DNA of 64,000 bases from the NCBI GenBank assembly GCA_041739995.1, contig JBGSMV010000015.1:32001-96000 (forward strand), written 5' to 3'. Source of the stretch: Bdellovibrionota bacterium. Lineage in GTDB: Bacteria > Bdellovibrionota_C > UBA2361 > JBGSMV01. Positions 30,982 through 39,392 of this stretch are shown piece by piece. The notes under the pieces were generated by a model. That model had not been told where the DNA came from and did not search any database. It saw only the letters and a list, made by a program, of their open reading frames with translations. The position numbers were made by a program, and so were the translations under genes. The first letter of the stretch is position 1. The number at the start of each line of letters is the position of its first letter.

Positions 30982-31620
30982 TCAAAGGCCAAACTGACTC
31001 TCTCTAGGCTCCGAATCCGCTGAGCTCATCATAAGCTCACGTTCAAGAACTTCAGCACAATCTTCTAGAAGCCAGCTTAGAAGCCTTCCGTCCTCGCTAG
31101 TCTCTCCGATAATTGCGCCCGCTGCTCGCAAATGCGCTTGCGCTCGCACTCTTCTATCCTCGAGACCAGCCATCATGCCGATCGCCTCGCTCCCAGGAAT
31201 ATGCACTGGTTCTTGAAGGGCGTCTCTGCAGTCTGCAAGCCCGCTCAGTATTTCTTCCTTCGAATTCTCACTCCCCATACCACGCGACCTAGAAAGAAGC
31301 GCGTCTCTGCTTGACTCAGAACGCACCAGCGTCAGCTTGGGCAAGGGCCCCGGCATACGGCCCGATGCTTTTCCGCTACTTGTATGCACTAGGAGGCTTT
31401 CCGTCTGCGCATCTTGAGCGCTCTGAAATTCGCTCTGAAATTCGAGAGTACTGCGGCCCTTTGCATCGGAACCGCGCACCAGAGAAAGCAACGGCTTTGC
31501 CCTAACAATTACTCCCTTCACTGCTGAATTCCGGGTGGACATGCTCTCCGCTGCTTTCTTTGCCAAGAAAAGACTTCTCGTGATTCTGCGACCGTGTGGT
31601 GGGATAAAGTTCTCTCTCAT
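30982..31620 (-). CDS. Hypothetical protein
   Basis: GGGAG RBS before ATG 31620; the longer track ORF merely reads through the repeat. Confidence 0.55.
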   Translation of the reverse strand: MRENFIPPHGRRITRSLFLAKKAAESMSTRNSAVKGVIVRAKPLLSLVRGSDAKGRSTLEFQSEFQSAQDAQTESLLVHTSSGKASGRMPGPLPKLTLVRSESSRDALLSRSRGMGSENSKEEILSGLADCRDALQEPVHIPGSEAIGMMAGLEDRRVRAQAHLRAAGAIIGETSEDGRLLSWLLEDCAEVLERELMMSSADSEPRESQFGL

Positions 31621-31679
31621 CGAAGGACTCCCTGAATCAGGAACTAACCGCATCACTCGCTTTAAGTGCCACCGTGTCC

Positions 31680-31857
31680 ACTGAGCCCCTGCAAGACAAC
31701 ACGGGGCACCCGCAAAACAACACGGGGCACCCGCAAAACAACACTGAGCACCTGCTAGACAACACGGGGCGCCTGCAAGACAACACAGAGCTGCAAGACA
31801 ACACGGGGCACCCGCGAGACAACACAGGGCGCCCGCGAGACAACACGGAGTGCCCGC
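31680..31857. repeat. About 8 copies of a 21-bp tandem repeat CC(C/T)GCAAGACAACACGGGGCA
   Basis: Units at 31688, 31709, 31730, 31751, 31772 (short), 31791, 31811 and 31832; no spacers. Confidence 0.95.
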
Positions 31858-32093
31858 GGCCCAATAAGCAGAAAAGTTATCAAGCAAGCTGAAGTATCAC
31901 CGCAGAACCCTGCCCGACAACGGAGGCTAGGTTTAACTTAATTGAAGTAAGAGAATCAAGAGCAACATGCGTGTCGCTTGGAAATTTTGTAAGCGTTCTC
32001 GGGTTGTCTACAGATCACTGCAACGAAAGCTTAATTCCGTGTTGCCCCTAACGGGTCGATTTGCGGAGCAAATCGGGGGTGAAAATACTCTCC

Positions 32094-32165
32094 GTTCACA
32101 AGATGTAACCGTATCCGGTTCACAAGAGCTAGCCGTACGCGGCTCACAAGATGTAGCCGTACCCC
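32094..32165. repeat. 3 x 24-bp tandem repeat GTTCACAAGATGTAGCCGTAnnCG
   Basis: Units at 32094, 32118 and 32142. Confidence 0.85.
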
Positions 32166-32270
32166 ACAAGGGGACGACCACCGACCTGCCACCACCGAGT
32201 CTCTTTCAGCACAAAGACTTCCTAACTCCAACAGTTAATTTTTACCCCGTGAACGGATACGAGCTTTTTC

Positions 32271-33257
32271 TTAGGAGCTTCGGCGTCTGAGTGGGATCAC
32301 TTTTGCTTCTCGCGGCAACGCGCTCCCCGTAGTTAAACTGCGCTGCTCTGAGGAAAGGGATCGCAAACTCCGATGGGGTACAGTTCCATTCGAAACAGCC
32401 CCATTCGAAACAGTCCCATGCGCAACTTCATTACCAGGAATTCGATTCTGGGCCCGTCGCACAAGTTCTGCGCCAGTGATTTGCTGGGAAAGTTTTGCCT
32501 CGCTCGAGGGATTCGCCCCCGATATCCCCTTGGAAAGCTGTACTGACGTCGAGCGCATGCGCGAAGCGACCTCGAAAGGGTTCCCCCCAAAAGCCTCGAA
32601 AGAGTTCCCCCCAAAAGAATGTCGCTCAATCATTGGCGTATCGCCACTAGACTCCAATGTGACAGAGCGAACAGATTGCTGATCTCGGAGGTCTCCTAAC
32701 AACGATCTTCCTCCGCCTTCTAACTTCGCTGTTCTATCGGACCGCATTATCGGGCTCGCACTAGCTGGGTTCGCACTGACAGAGTTCGCACCGACACCTT
32801 CCGGGCGCACTAGTGGAACTCCTGGCACGCCCGCAATTCCTTTAAGCGCTTCCTCTAGCTCGGAACATGCGGCAGATGCTGCTTGCGATCGCGCCTTAGT
32901 CGCCACCAACGTGCGGCTCACCAGCGCAGTACGAATGAAATCTCCGCGCTCAGCGGCAACGACGACCTCTCTGTGGCGCTGATTCAGTGCCGTTTCGGCT
33001 TCTCTAAATTCTGCAAGAAATCTGTCGCGGAGATGAGCGACCTGCATCGGAAGCTGTCTGGTGTGAGGTCCATCAAGCAAGGAAGTGAGCTGCTTCACCA
33101 GTTCAGCATTGACGAGCCTCCATGCAGCTGCCTGCATTTCTGTATACTCGGCAGCTTCCCCCTTCTGGGATCTCTCCATTGAAGAATACAGGCGATGAGC
33201 CTGGCGGCTGCGCTGCAATAGCATCAGCAACCGCGATCGAAATGTTTCTCCGTCCAT
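32271..33257 (-). CDS. Hypothetical protein (helical N-terminus, disordered C-terminus)
   Basis: 328-aa ORF ending 'AKVIPLRRRSS'. Confidence 0.7.
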   Translation of the reverse strand: MDGETFRSRLLMLLQRSRQAHRLYSSMERSQKGEAAEYTEMQAAAWRLVNAELVKQLTSLLDGPHTRQLPMQVAHLRDRFLAEFREAETALNQRHREVVVAAERGDFIRTALVSRTLVATKARSQAASAACSELEEALKGIAGVPGVPLVRPEGVGANSVSANPASASPIMRSDRTAKLEGGGRSLLGDLRDQQSVRSVTLESSGDTPMIERHSFGGNSFEAFGGNPFEVASRMRSTSVQLSKGISGANPSSEAKLSQQITGAELVRRAQNRIPGNEVAHGTVSNGAVSNGTVPHRSLRSLSSEQRSLTTGSALPREAKVIPLRRRSS

Positions 33258-33333
33258 GCGGTGCTAAGAGTAGCGCATGCCGCACAAATTTCAAAACAAT
33301 TCCGTACCTGTGAATATCCTGTGGAAAGATGCG

Positions 33334-33717
33334 TCATCCCTCGACTGTACTGGTTGAAGGCGCCGGCATGGCCCTCAAAAGTGCCGCTCGAATCCGACTC
33401 GCAGTTCGCACCGCGTGCAGTAGCACTCGTTTTTCAAAGCGGCTGCTTTGAGCCTCCGAAAAGTCACCGCGCCCGACCCACTCAACAACGCGAGGACACG
33501 AATTACGGTACTCACGCAGCGCCCCCACGATCGGCTCGATGCAGCTTGGATTCGCTTTTTCCAAGATCGCAACTGGCTGAAGGTTGAGTCCAATTTCAGC
33601 CCGTAAAGCGCTCTGTGGCTCCTCGGCGAGAACTCGGAGCGAGCCCAAAAGTCTCCGAACACCACGTTCGCTGAGGTCAGCCTGCACAGCGATTCTCCGT
33701 ATTTCTTCGTCCCGCAC
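33334..33717 (-). CDS. Hypothetical protein, possible N-terminal HTH
   Basis: GAGGGAG RBS before GTG 33717; 'IRRIAVQADLSERGVRRLL'. Confidence 0.55.
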   Translation of the reverse strand: MRDEEIRRIAVQADLSERGVRRLLGSLRVLAEEPQSALRAEIGLNLQPVAILEKANPSCIEPIVGALREYRNSCPRVVEWVGRGDFSEAQSSRFEKRVLLHAVRTASRIRAALLRAMPAPSTSTVEG

Positions 33718-34015
33718 AAGCGCTCCCTCAATCAAAATGCATAATGAAAACGTGGTCAGATGCTATTTTTGCCGTCATGACTGACCCATTTCACTCCGTC
33801 AATCAATGGAAACTTCATTCCACTTACAATCACCTCGAAGCTCTTTCGGCTGGCTCTTAAGTCTCGCGGTCGGGGGCCGCATCTCTCTGGGAAAATATTT
33901 CCCAAAGCGGCAAACACTCTCCCGGCCCCCGGCGAGATCTGCCGAACCGGTCCACGTGACCCTCTCGCCGATCCACTCGCGAAGCGTCTCAGCCGCCAGC
34001 ACGACAAAAGGGTCT

Positions 34016-34031
34016 TGGCATGAGCTTTGCT
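34016..34031 (+). promoter_or_regulatory. sigma54 (-24/-12) promoter
   Basis: TGGCATGAGCTTTGCT matches TGGCACG-N4-TTGCW (GG-N10-GC); palindrome TGGGAAA-ATA-TTTCCCA at 33888-33904 upstream. Confidence 0.7.
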
Positions 34032-34035
34032 TTTA

Positions 34036-34320
34036 AAGTCCCTACGCATTCGATGGTCTATCCCACGAAGGGCTAGTAGGGGCTTGCCGGGGTGTCCTCC
34101 GATACCACACACACACACACCTTCCCCGGCAGGTCTTGAGCGTCATTCAGGGTCCTTCTTTGCTCTACGCCTTCAAGGCTTTAGAGGGAAGATAGGTTGA
34201 CTCGCAACTGTCAAGGGCTTGCCCTGAAGCAGAATTGTCATGGAGACCACCGAAGGAGTGAGGTATTAGCAATTAAGCGGTGAAGCCGGCCACCTCTAAA
34301 AAAGGTGGTCGGCTTTTTTT
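34036..34320 (+). ncRNA. Candidate structured small RNA
   Basis: No credible ORF; a series of stems lies between the sigma54 promoter and a strong terminator. Confidence 0.6.
34283..34320 (+). terminator. Rho-independent terminator
   Basis: AAGCCGGCCACCT-loop-AGGTGGTCGGCTTTTTTT. Confidence 0.9.
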
Positions 34321-34361
34321 GTTCCGTGCAAGTTGTAGTAGGCTCTGACACCGTGGAAGCA

Positions 34362-35318
34362 ATGCTGCCCTCAACCCCAGATCGCCTCGTTATCAGCCGC
34401 CCCCCTGGTGGCGACTTCCTTCATGCCTTTATCCCAGCAAGCCGCGGCCTCCCCTCAAATAGGGTAGCAAAGGCAGCGCGTGCCAAGTTGCTGATCCCCT
34501 TTCACTGTGGGGCAGTAATCTGCGCGACTATCCTGTTTGTGTTCATACTCCCGACTTCGGGTAGCAGTCAGACACCCCCGACTTCGAGTGCAGACTCCGC
34601 TCGGGGTAGGACATGGCGCACAATCGCCCCTGATCTCGACCTCGGCGAGTTCCTCCCCGAGGGCTCCTTTCTTCAAGCGCCACTAGTCATGGTGAGGTCT
34701 AGTCTGGCGAAGACCAAGCTACGCCTCATTCGCTCTGCCGAATTTGGCCTGGCCCGAGCCGAGGTACGTTCACTTTGTCGCCTAGCGCATGCGAGCGCTT
34801 GTATTAACGCGAGCTTCTTTGATGAGTCTGGACACCCTCTGGGCTTGCTGATCAGTCGCGGCGTCGTGATTCAAAACATGCATCAAAAGGGAAGAACTCT
34901 TACCGGAGTGCTGCAAGTCACGCGCTTTGGTCTTGATGTGTTATCTCGTTCTCAGTTTCGCTCACACAATGTACTTGAAGCGGTACAAGCTGGACCTCGA
35001 CTTGCGATCGACGGAGTAGCCACTTCTGGACTAAAGAACGACTCCCGCACCGGACGAGCCGCGGTTTGTAGGGATAGAGATAACCGAGTGATCCTTGCGG
35101 CGAGTTCTGCCGGGTTGAGAGGCCTCACTTTCGAAGAACTGCAAGACGCGCTGTTGCATGAGTCAGTCGGCTGCGTGAACGCGCTCAATCTCGACGGAGG
35201 CGGGTCTGCTCAAATCTTCATTGCGCCACGCTCCTCCTCTTCATCCGATACCGCAGTAGCAGTCGCCATTAACGGATTCGATCCGGTGCCGGTTGCACTC
35301 GGAATTTTTGAAGAGTAA
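34362..35318 (+). CDS. Phosphodiester glycosidase (NAGPA) family protein
   Basis: 'INASFFD', 'AVQAGPRL', 'ALNLDGGGSAQ'; start uncertain. Confidence 0.85.
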   Translation: MLPSTPDRLVISRPPGGDFLHAFIPASRGLPSNRVAKAARAKLLIPFHCGAVICATILFVFILPTSGSSQTPPTSSADSARGRTWRTIAPDLDLGEFLPEGSFLQAPLVMVRSSLAKTKLRLIRSAEFGLARAEVRSLCRLAHASACINASFFDESGHPLGLLISRGVVIQNMHQKGRTLTGVLQVTRFGLDVLSRSQFRSHNVLEAVQAGPRLAIDGVATSGLKNDSRTGRAAVCRDRDNRVILAASSAGLRGLTFEELQDALLHESVGCVNALNLDGGGSAQIFIAPRSSSSSDTAVAVAINGFDPVPVALGIFEE

Positions 35319-35602
35319 GGCGCCAGCCTCCCTAACCCGAAAAGTTAAACGATTCCGTCAAGCTTTAAACTTGTTAAAATAAAGCGCTGCCAACCATAAA
35401 GGCCTGGCTTAAGAGCTCCGACCATTCATAGTACAACCACTTAGCGCAGCTAAATGTTTGCAATTACCGAGTTTTTAGAAAGATTCCGGATTGACAGTGG
35501 AGTGGTCCACGTTTAATTAACGTAAACTAACTGTCGAAGGGATATGGTATCACGTCGGTTGTGCCAGGCTAGTTAGGTAGGCCAGTGAGGTAGGGAGGTT
35601 CC

Positions 35603-36121
35603 GTGGTAAAAGAAGTCGCGGTTCAGGGAATTGAGATGCTCGATCGTGAATTTACTGCAAAGGACGTGCAGCTTATTCTTCGCGCGCTCACTCAGGGCGA
35701 AGAAAAGATTGGCCTTGCTCTTCTTAACTACTACGCAAGAACGAACCTGGTTCCTTCGACTGGAAAAAGTCGCTCACGCGGTCGAAGAAAGTATTCCTAT
35801 TCAGATCTTGTACTCCTCTGCTGGCTGTTTCGCATGAAGGGAGAAGGCCTTCCCGTAAATCGTTTCCGCAGAGGTATCGACTACCTCAGGAAACGGTTAC
35901 CCAAGCTCCACAAGAACCCAGCGGACATGGTAATGCTCACCGATGGGCGTCAGCTCTTCATTAAGCATCGCGTCGAAGATAGAGGCGAGATAGCAGAAGT
36001 GCTTACCGGCAAGCGCGCGGGGCAGTACGTCTGGGCCTACGCGATAGGTTCGCTAATCGAGGAAGTCGATCGAATCATCCTTGAACGCTTTGAGCCAGAA
36101 GTGGCAAAAGTTGCTGCTTAA
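35603..36121 (+). CDS. MerR-like HTH regulator
   Basis: GGGAGG RBS; 'FTAKDV...LLNYYARTNLVP...RRKYSYSDLV..FRMKGEGLPV'. Confidence 0.75.
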   Translation: MVKEVAVQGIEMLDREFTAKDVQLILRALTQGEEKIGLALLNYYARTNLVPSTGKSRSRGRRKYSYSDLVLLCWLFRMKGEGLPVNRFRRGIDYLRKRLPKLHKNPADMVMLTDGRQLFIKHRVEDRGEIAEVLTGKRAGQYVWAYAIGSLIEEVDRIILERFEPEVAKVAA

Positions 36122-36125
36122 GTGT

Positions 36126-36195
36126 GGGGGCGTGACCGCTATACCTTTGAGGGCGTGACCGCCATACTCTTGAGGGCGTGACCGCCACAACCCTT
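36126..36195. repeat. 3 x 23-bp tandem repeat GAGGGCGTGACCGCCATACTCTT
   Basis: Units at 36126, 36149 and 36172. Confidence 0.9.
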
Positions 36196-36337
36196 TCATT
36201 TGTGCTATTCCCCTACTGAGAACTGCCACGTTGGGATAAAGTTGATCTCACCGTGGTGGTATGCCAGGATTTCGCCTCAGGAATACCCCCTTGAGGTAAG
36301 GGTCGATTCAGATTCATCGAATTTCGTCAGACAAAAT

Positions 36338-36401
36338 AGTGCAGATTTGGGACAGTGCAGATTTGGGACCGTGTAGATTTGGGACAGTGTAGTTATGGGA
36401 C
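36338..36401. repeat. 4 x 16-bp tandem repeat AGTGCAGATTTGGGAC
   Basis: Units at 36338, 36354, 36370 and 36386; the last contains the next ATG. Confidence 0.9.
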
Positions 36402-36568
36402 ATAGCCGCAGCGGAAGATCCAGCACAATTCGACAGCTCTTCGCCTTACTTATGGAGAAGAAAGCATGGTGGCTCATCCCTATGGTCTCCGTATTCCTAC
36501 TACTCGGGGTCTTGATCGTAGCGACTGCAAGCTCACCGCTGTCCCCGTTTATTTATGCACTGTTCTAA
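36395..36568 (+). CDS. Small membrane protein, DUF5989 (SxtK-like) family
   Basis: Manual translation (57 aa): MGHSRSGRSSTIRQLFALLMEKKAWWLIPMVSVFLLLGVLIVATASSPLSPFIYALF; shows the KKxWLxP...PFIYxLF signature. Confidence 0.85.
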   Translation: MGHSRSGRSSTIRQLFALLMEKKAWWLIPMVSVFLLLGVLIVATASSPLSPFIYALF

Positions 36569-36849
36569 GCAGTAGCGGCGATTCCTGAGGTGCCCAGGTG
36601 CTCGTGTCCAGGTGCTCGTGTCCTAGGCGAGAAACCTCTCTGGGCGTCTTTCTCGCTGCTCTCTCTCTGAACTCTTTGTTTAGTTCAATAAATATTGAAA
36701 AAGAGATCAGCGAGCGCGGCGAGACTTATTCTTCGAACTCTGGACTCAGGATACTAGGTCTTGGCTCTGTAGGGCTCCAGGCCACTCGCCAATCAAGAGC
36801 CTGCCCCTCCTATACGAAAGGCGTGCTGGGGACGGACAAGACATCGATG

Positions 36850-37131
36850 TCAAGGTAGCGGATTAGCTTGCTGGGCGGTAACTTCTCGCTCGATTCCATA
36901 CAGAAAGCAGACCACTTCGGCGATCAGCTCATAGGTTTCAGGCGGCACACGAGCACCCTGTGGCAGGTTTGAAAGCAGCTGAGAGAGTGCTTCGTCTTGA
37001 TGAACGGGAATATCGTGCTCGGCTGCGATACGCAGAATCTGACGCGCCACCTCTCCCGCTCCGGACGCGAGCACGCGCGGGATAGAGTCCTCTTCGTCAT
37101 ACTGAAGCGCGATGGCTCGTTCACGTTGCAC
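36850..37131 (-). CDS. Stand-alone FlhB C-terminal-like (EscU/YscU family) protein
   Basis: 'AIALQYD...PRVLASGAGEVARQILRIAAEHDIPV..D..L...VPPETYELIAEV'. Confidence 0.88.
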   Translation of the reverse strand: MQRERAIALQYDEEDSIPRVLASGAGEVARQILRIAAEHDIPVHQDEALSQLLSNLPQGARVPPETYELIAEVVCFLYGIEREVTAQQANPLP

Positions 37132-37175
37132 GGGTCATCTCTCCTCAAAGGAACTTATCGATTCTGTCACGAATG

Positions 37176-37712
37176 CTACAATTCTCGCCCGGAAGTCGTA
37201 GGACTCTCATTCGCCACCACTCCAACTACATGCTGTCCAAGTGCTTCAGTAGAGCGCACCTTTGACCTTGCACGAGCCAATTCGGACGGAAGTCTCCATC
37301 CACCGAGCTTTGGCTGTTCATCATCGCCGAAGAGAAGCTTATTCGAGCGCTCGTAATCAAAAAGTGCCTCAACAAAAGACGTGGTGGCTCGATTTGAGTA
37401 CTCATGAATGAAGTAATGCAGCGATCGCATTGAGTGGGCCATTGCCCGTCGAAGGTCGCGATCAACGGGGCCCATGTTATCCCCATTATCCACGAAGATC
37501 TGTCGGAACTGCTGACAAAGCTCCTCTGCGGAGGCCTCGGAATCCCATTCCATCATCTCTATAGTTCGATGAGCACGAGAGCGCTTCGCTTCGCGAAGCA
37601 CGATAAAGCGAGAGACAAAGGCGGTTCGACGCGCACGCTGCAAGGCCTCAGACTGAACAGACTCCAGGCCCTCTGCGTTTTCGATAACCTTTGATTTGTG
37701 TGGTAACTGCAT
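37176..37712 (-). CDS. Hypothetical protein
   Basis: 178-aa ORF with GAGG RBS, co-oriented with the FlhB-like gene. Confidence 0.7.
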   Translation of the reverse strand: MQLPHKSKVIENAEGLESVQSEALQRARRTAFVSRFIVLREAKRSRAHRTIEMMEWDSEASAEELCQQFRQIFVDNGDNMGPVDRDLRRAMAHSMRSLHYFIHEYSNRATTSFVEALFDYERSNKLLFGDDEQPKLGGWRLPSELARARSKVRSTEALGQHVVGVVANESPTTSGREL

Positions 37713-38123
37713 ACAACCTCTAACACCCCTAGTCTTAACACCAACAATCTTGCGACTCAGTCGATCTCAACTCCTCGATGTACGGAAGTACAATCGAGGC
37801 GAAGAATCGACCATTCTGCACTTAGTCGCTGATCAGACGATTCCCGCTTGGGACGGGCCCCTCTGCCGCGCGACCCTTCTTTGGGGCTACTATTCCTCGC
37901 TGCTGATTATGCTCATCGACGTTTTTTTGGTAGGTCTTGACCGCTATCTTCGCCTCCGCAACACCTCAGAAATTCAAGACCTTTCTGAGCAAAGGCTCAG
38001 AATGCACCCAGCCAAATTAGTAGGAACTTTTCGTAATCCCCGGGGCCTCTCCCCTTTGATCCATTTCGCCGCCGGGCTATCGTGCACGCGTATTAGACCG
38101 TTTAACCAGCTCTCCTGCCCCTT

Positions 38124-39380
38124 ATGAGCCACTTCCGCACTCAAGAACCCGCTGCTCAATCATTTGCGAAGGCCACGACGGCTTTGCGAACTCGCCACCT
38201 CGCTCTTCTGGTTGATGACTCAGTCATGCCCGAGCGTGTGGCGTTCGTCGCGCCAGCTCAAAACATAACCCCCGAAGTGGTAAACGAAATTTTGACGATG
38301 AGCGGCGGCCTGACCTTCGTCGCGGTACGCGCGGAACGAGCTCGATCTCTGCTGCTGGAACGCATGACGCGCACCCTGATGGAGAAATCAAATAACTCTG
38401 GCGCAAGCGCAGCCGCGCAAGACAGCTCTTCTCAACTCCGAACGATGTGCACTTCAGTCGAGGCCAGAGAAGGCGTCACCACTGGTATCAGCGCTTCCGA
38501 TCGAGCAAAGACCATTGCGATTCTAGGCGACACTGAGCTCCTTCCAAGGAAGCTAGTACGACCAGGTCACATCTTCCCCGTGGAAACGCTTCCCGGCGGT
38601 GCCTTGGTGAAAAATTCCGTGTTTGAGGCTGCGGTCGATCTCGTTACCGCCAGCGGATTCACCGAAGCCGCCGTTGTCGTAGACGCACTCGACCCTAGTG
38701 GTAACTTTCTGAGTCTCGATGACGCTACCTCGCTTGCAAAGGAAAAGGCGATTTCGGTCCTAAGTGTTTCTCAGCTCATTCGTGCGCGCCTTGAACTCGA
38801 GCACCTGGTCGTAAGAGTGGCTGAAGCCAAACTGCCTACCCGCTTCGGCGGCGAACTGAAGGCGGTGGTCTATCGCTCCCAGTTTGATTCTCTAGAGCAC
38901 ATCGCGTTGGTGAAAGGACAGATTGAGAACGCACCTTCGGTCCTCGTTCGAGTACAACCCGAGCTTACTTTTGGTGACATATTCGATTCGCGTTCAGAGA
39001 GCACTCGAAATCAGATCGATCGCTGCCTTGCGGCACTCAACGATCGGCCTGCGGGCGTCTTTGTATATCTGCGTAGACCGTTCAAAGTTCAGTTTGGTCC
39101 TCAACTTAATTCACGCTCAAATTCAGATCAGCAGCACGACCAAGAATCGAGCCCACCAGTTGATACGAGGCTAAAGCCTGCCTGGATGATGCGTGAGTAT
39201 GGGCTGGGGGCTCAGATCTTACGCGATCTCGGCGTCACTCGTGCCGAAGTACTTACCGGCACCACTCGTAACCTGGTGGGTATCAACAGCTTTGGAATTG
39301 AAATTGTGGGGCAGCTGCCAATTCCGGTCCTTCCTCAACCCTCTGCTTCCGCGCGAAATCAGGAAACCGTCACACCATAG
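38124..39380 (+). CDS. RibBA-like fusion (DHBP synthase plus GTP cyclohydrolase II), catalytically degenerate
   Basis: Retains 'SVEAREGVTTGISASDRAKT', 'RPGHIFP', 'EHIALVKG' and 'REYGLGAQILRDLGV'; active-site motifs are altered. Confidence 0.85.
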   Translation: MSHFRTQEPAAQSFAKATTALRTRHLALLVDDSVMPERVAFVAPAQNITPEVVNEILTMSGGLTFVAVRAERARSLLLERMTRTLMEKSNNSGASAAAQDSSSQLRTMCTSVEAREGVTTGISASDRAKTIAILGDTELLPRKLVRPGHIFPVETLPGGALVKNSVFEAAVDLVTASGFTEAAVVVDALDPSGNFLSLDDATSLAKEKAISVLSVSQLIRARLELEHLVVRVAEAKLPTRFGGELKAVVYRSQFDSLEHIALVKGQIENAPSVLVRVQPELTFGDIFDSRSESTRNQIDRCLAALNDRPAGVFVYLRRPFKVQFGPQLNSRSNSDQQHDQESSPPVDTRLKPAWMMREYGLGAQILRDLGVTRAEVLTGTTRNLVGINSFGIEIVGQLPIPVLPQPSASARNQETVTP

Positions 39381-39392
39381 AGGTGCTTTTGT

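Noticed and set aside
31680..31857. CRISPR array
   Set aside because: Units are contiguous with no unique spacers, and no cas genes are present.
34240..34260. Glycine riboswitch (CACCGAAGGAG)
   Set aside because: The other conserved elements (e.g. CUCUCAGG) are absent and no glycine gene follows.
34031..34320. tmRNA, RNase P RNA, 6S or 5S identity
   Set aside because: No tRNA-like ends, no GAGGAAAGUCC, and no single long 6S-type rod recognisable.
36126..36195. Mini-CRISPR
   Set aside because: Contiguous 23-bp units with no spacers.
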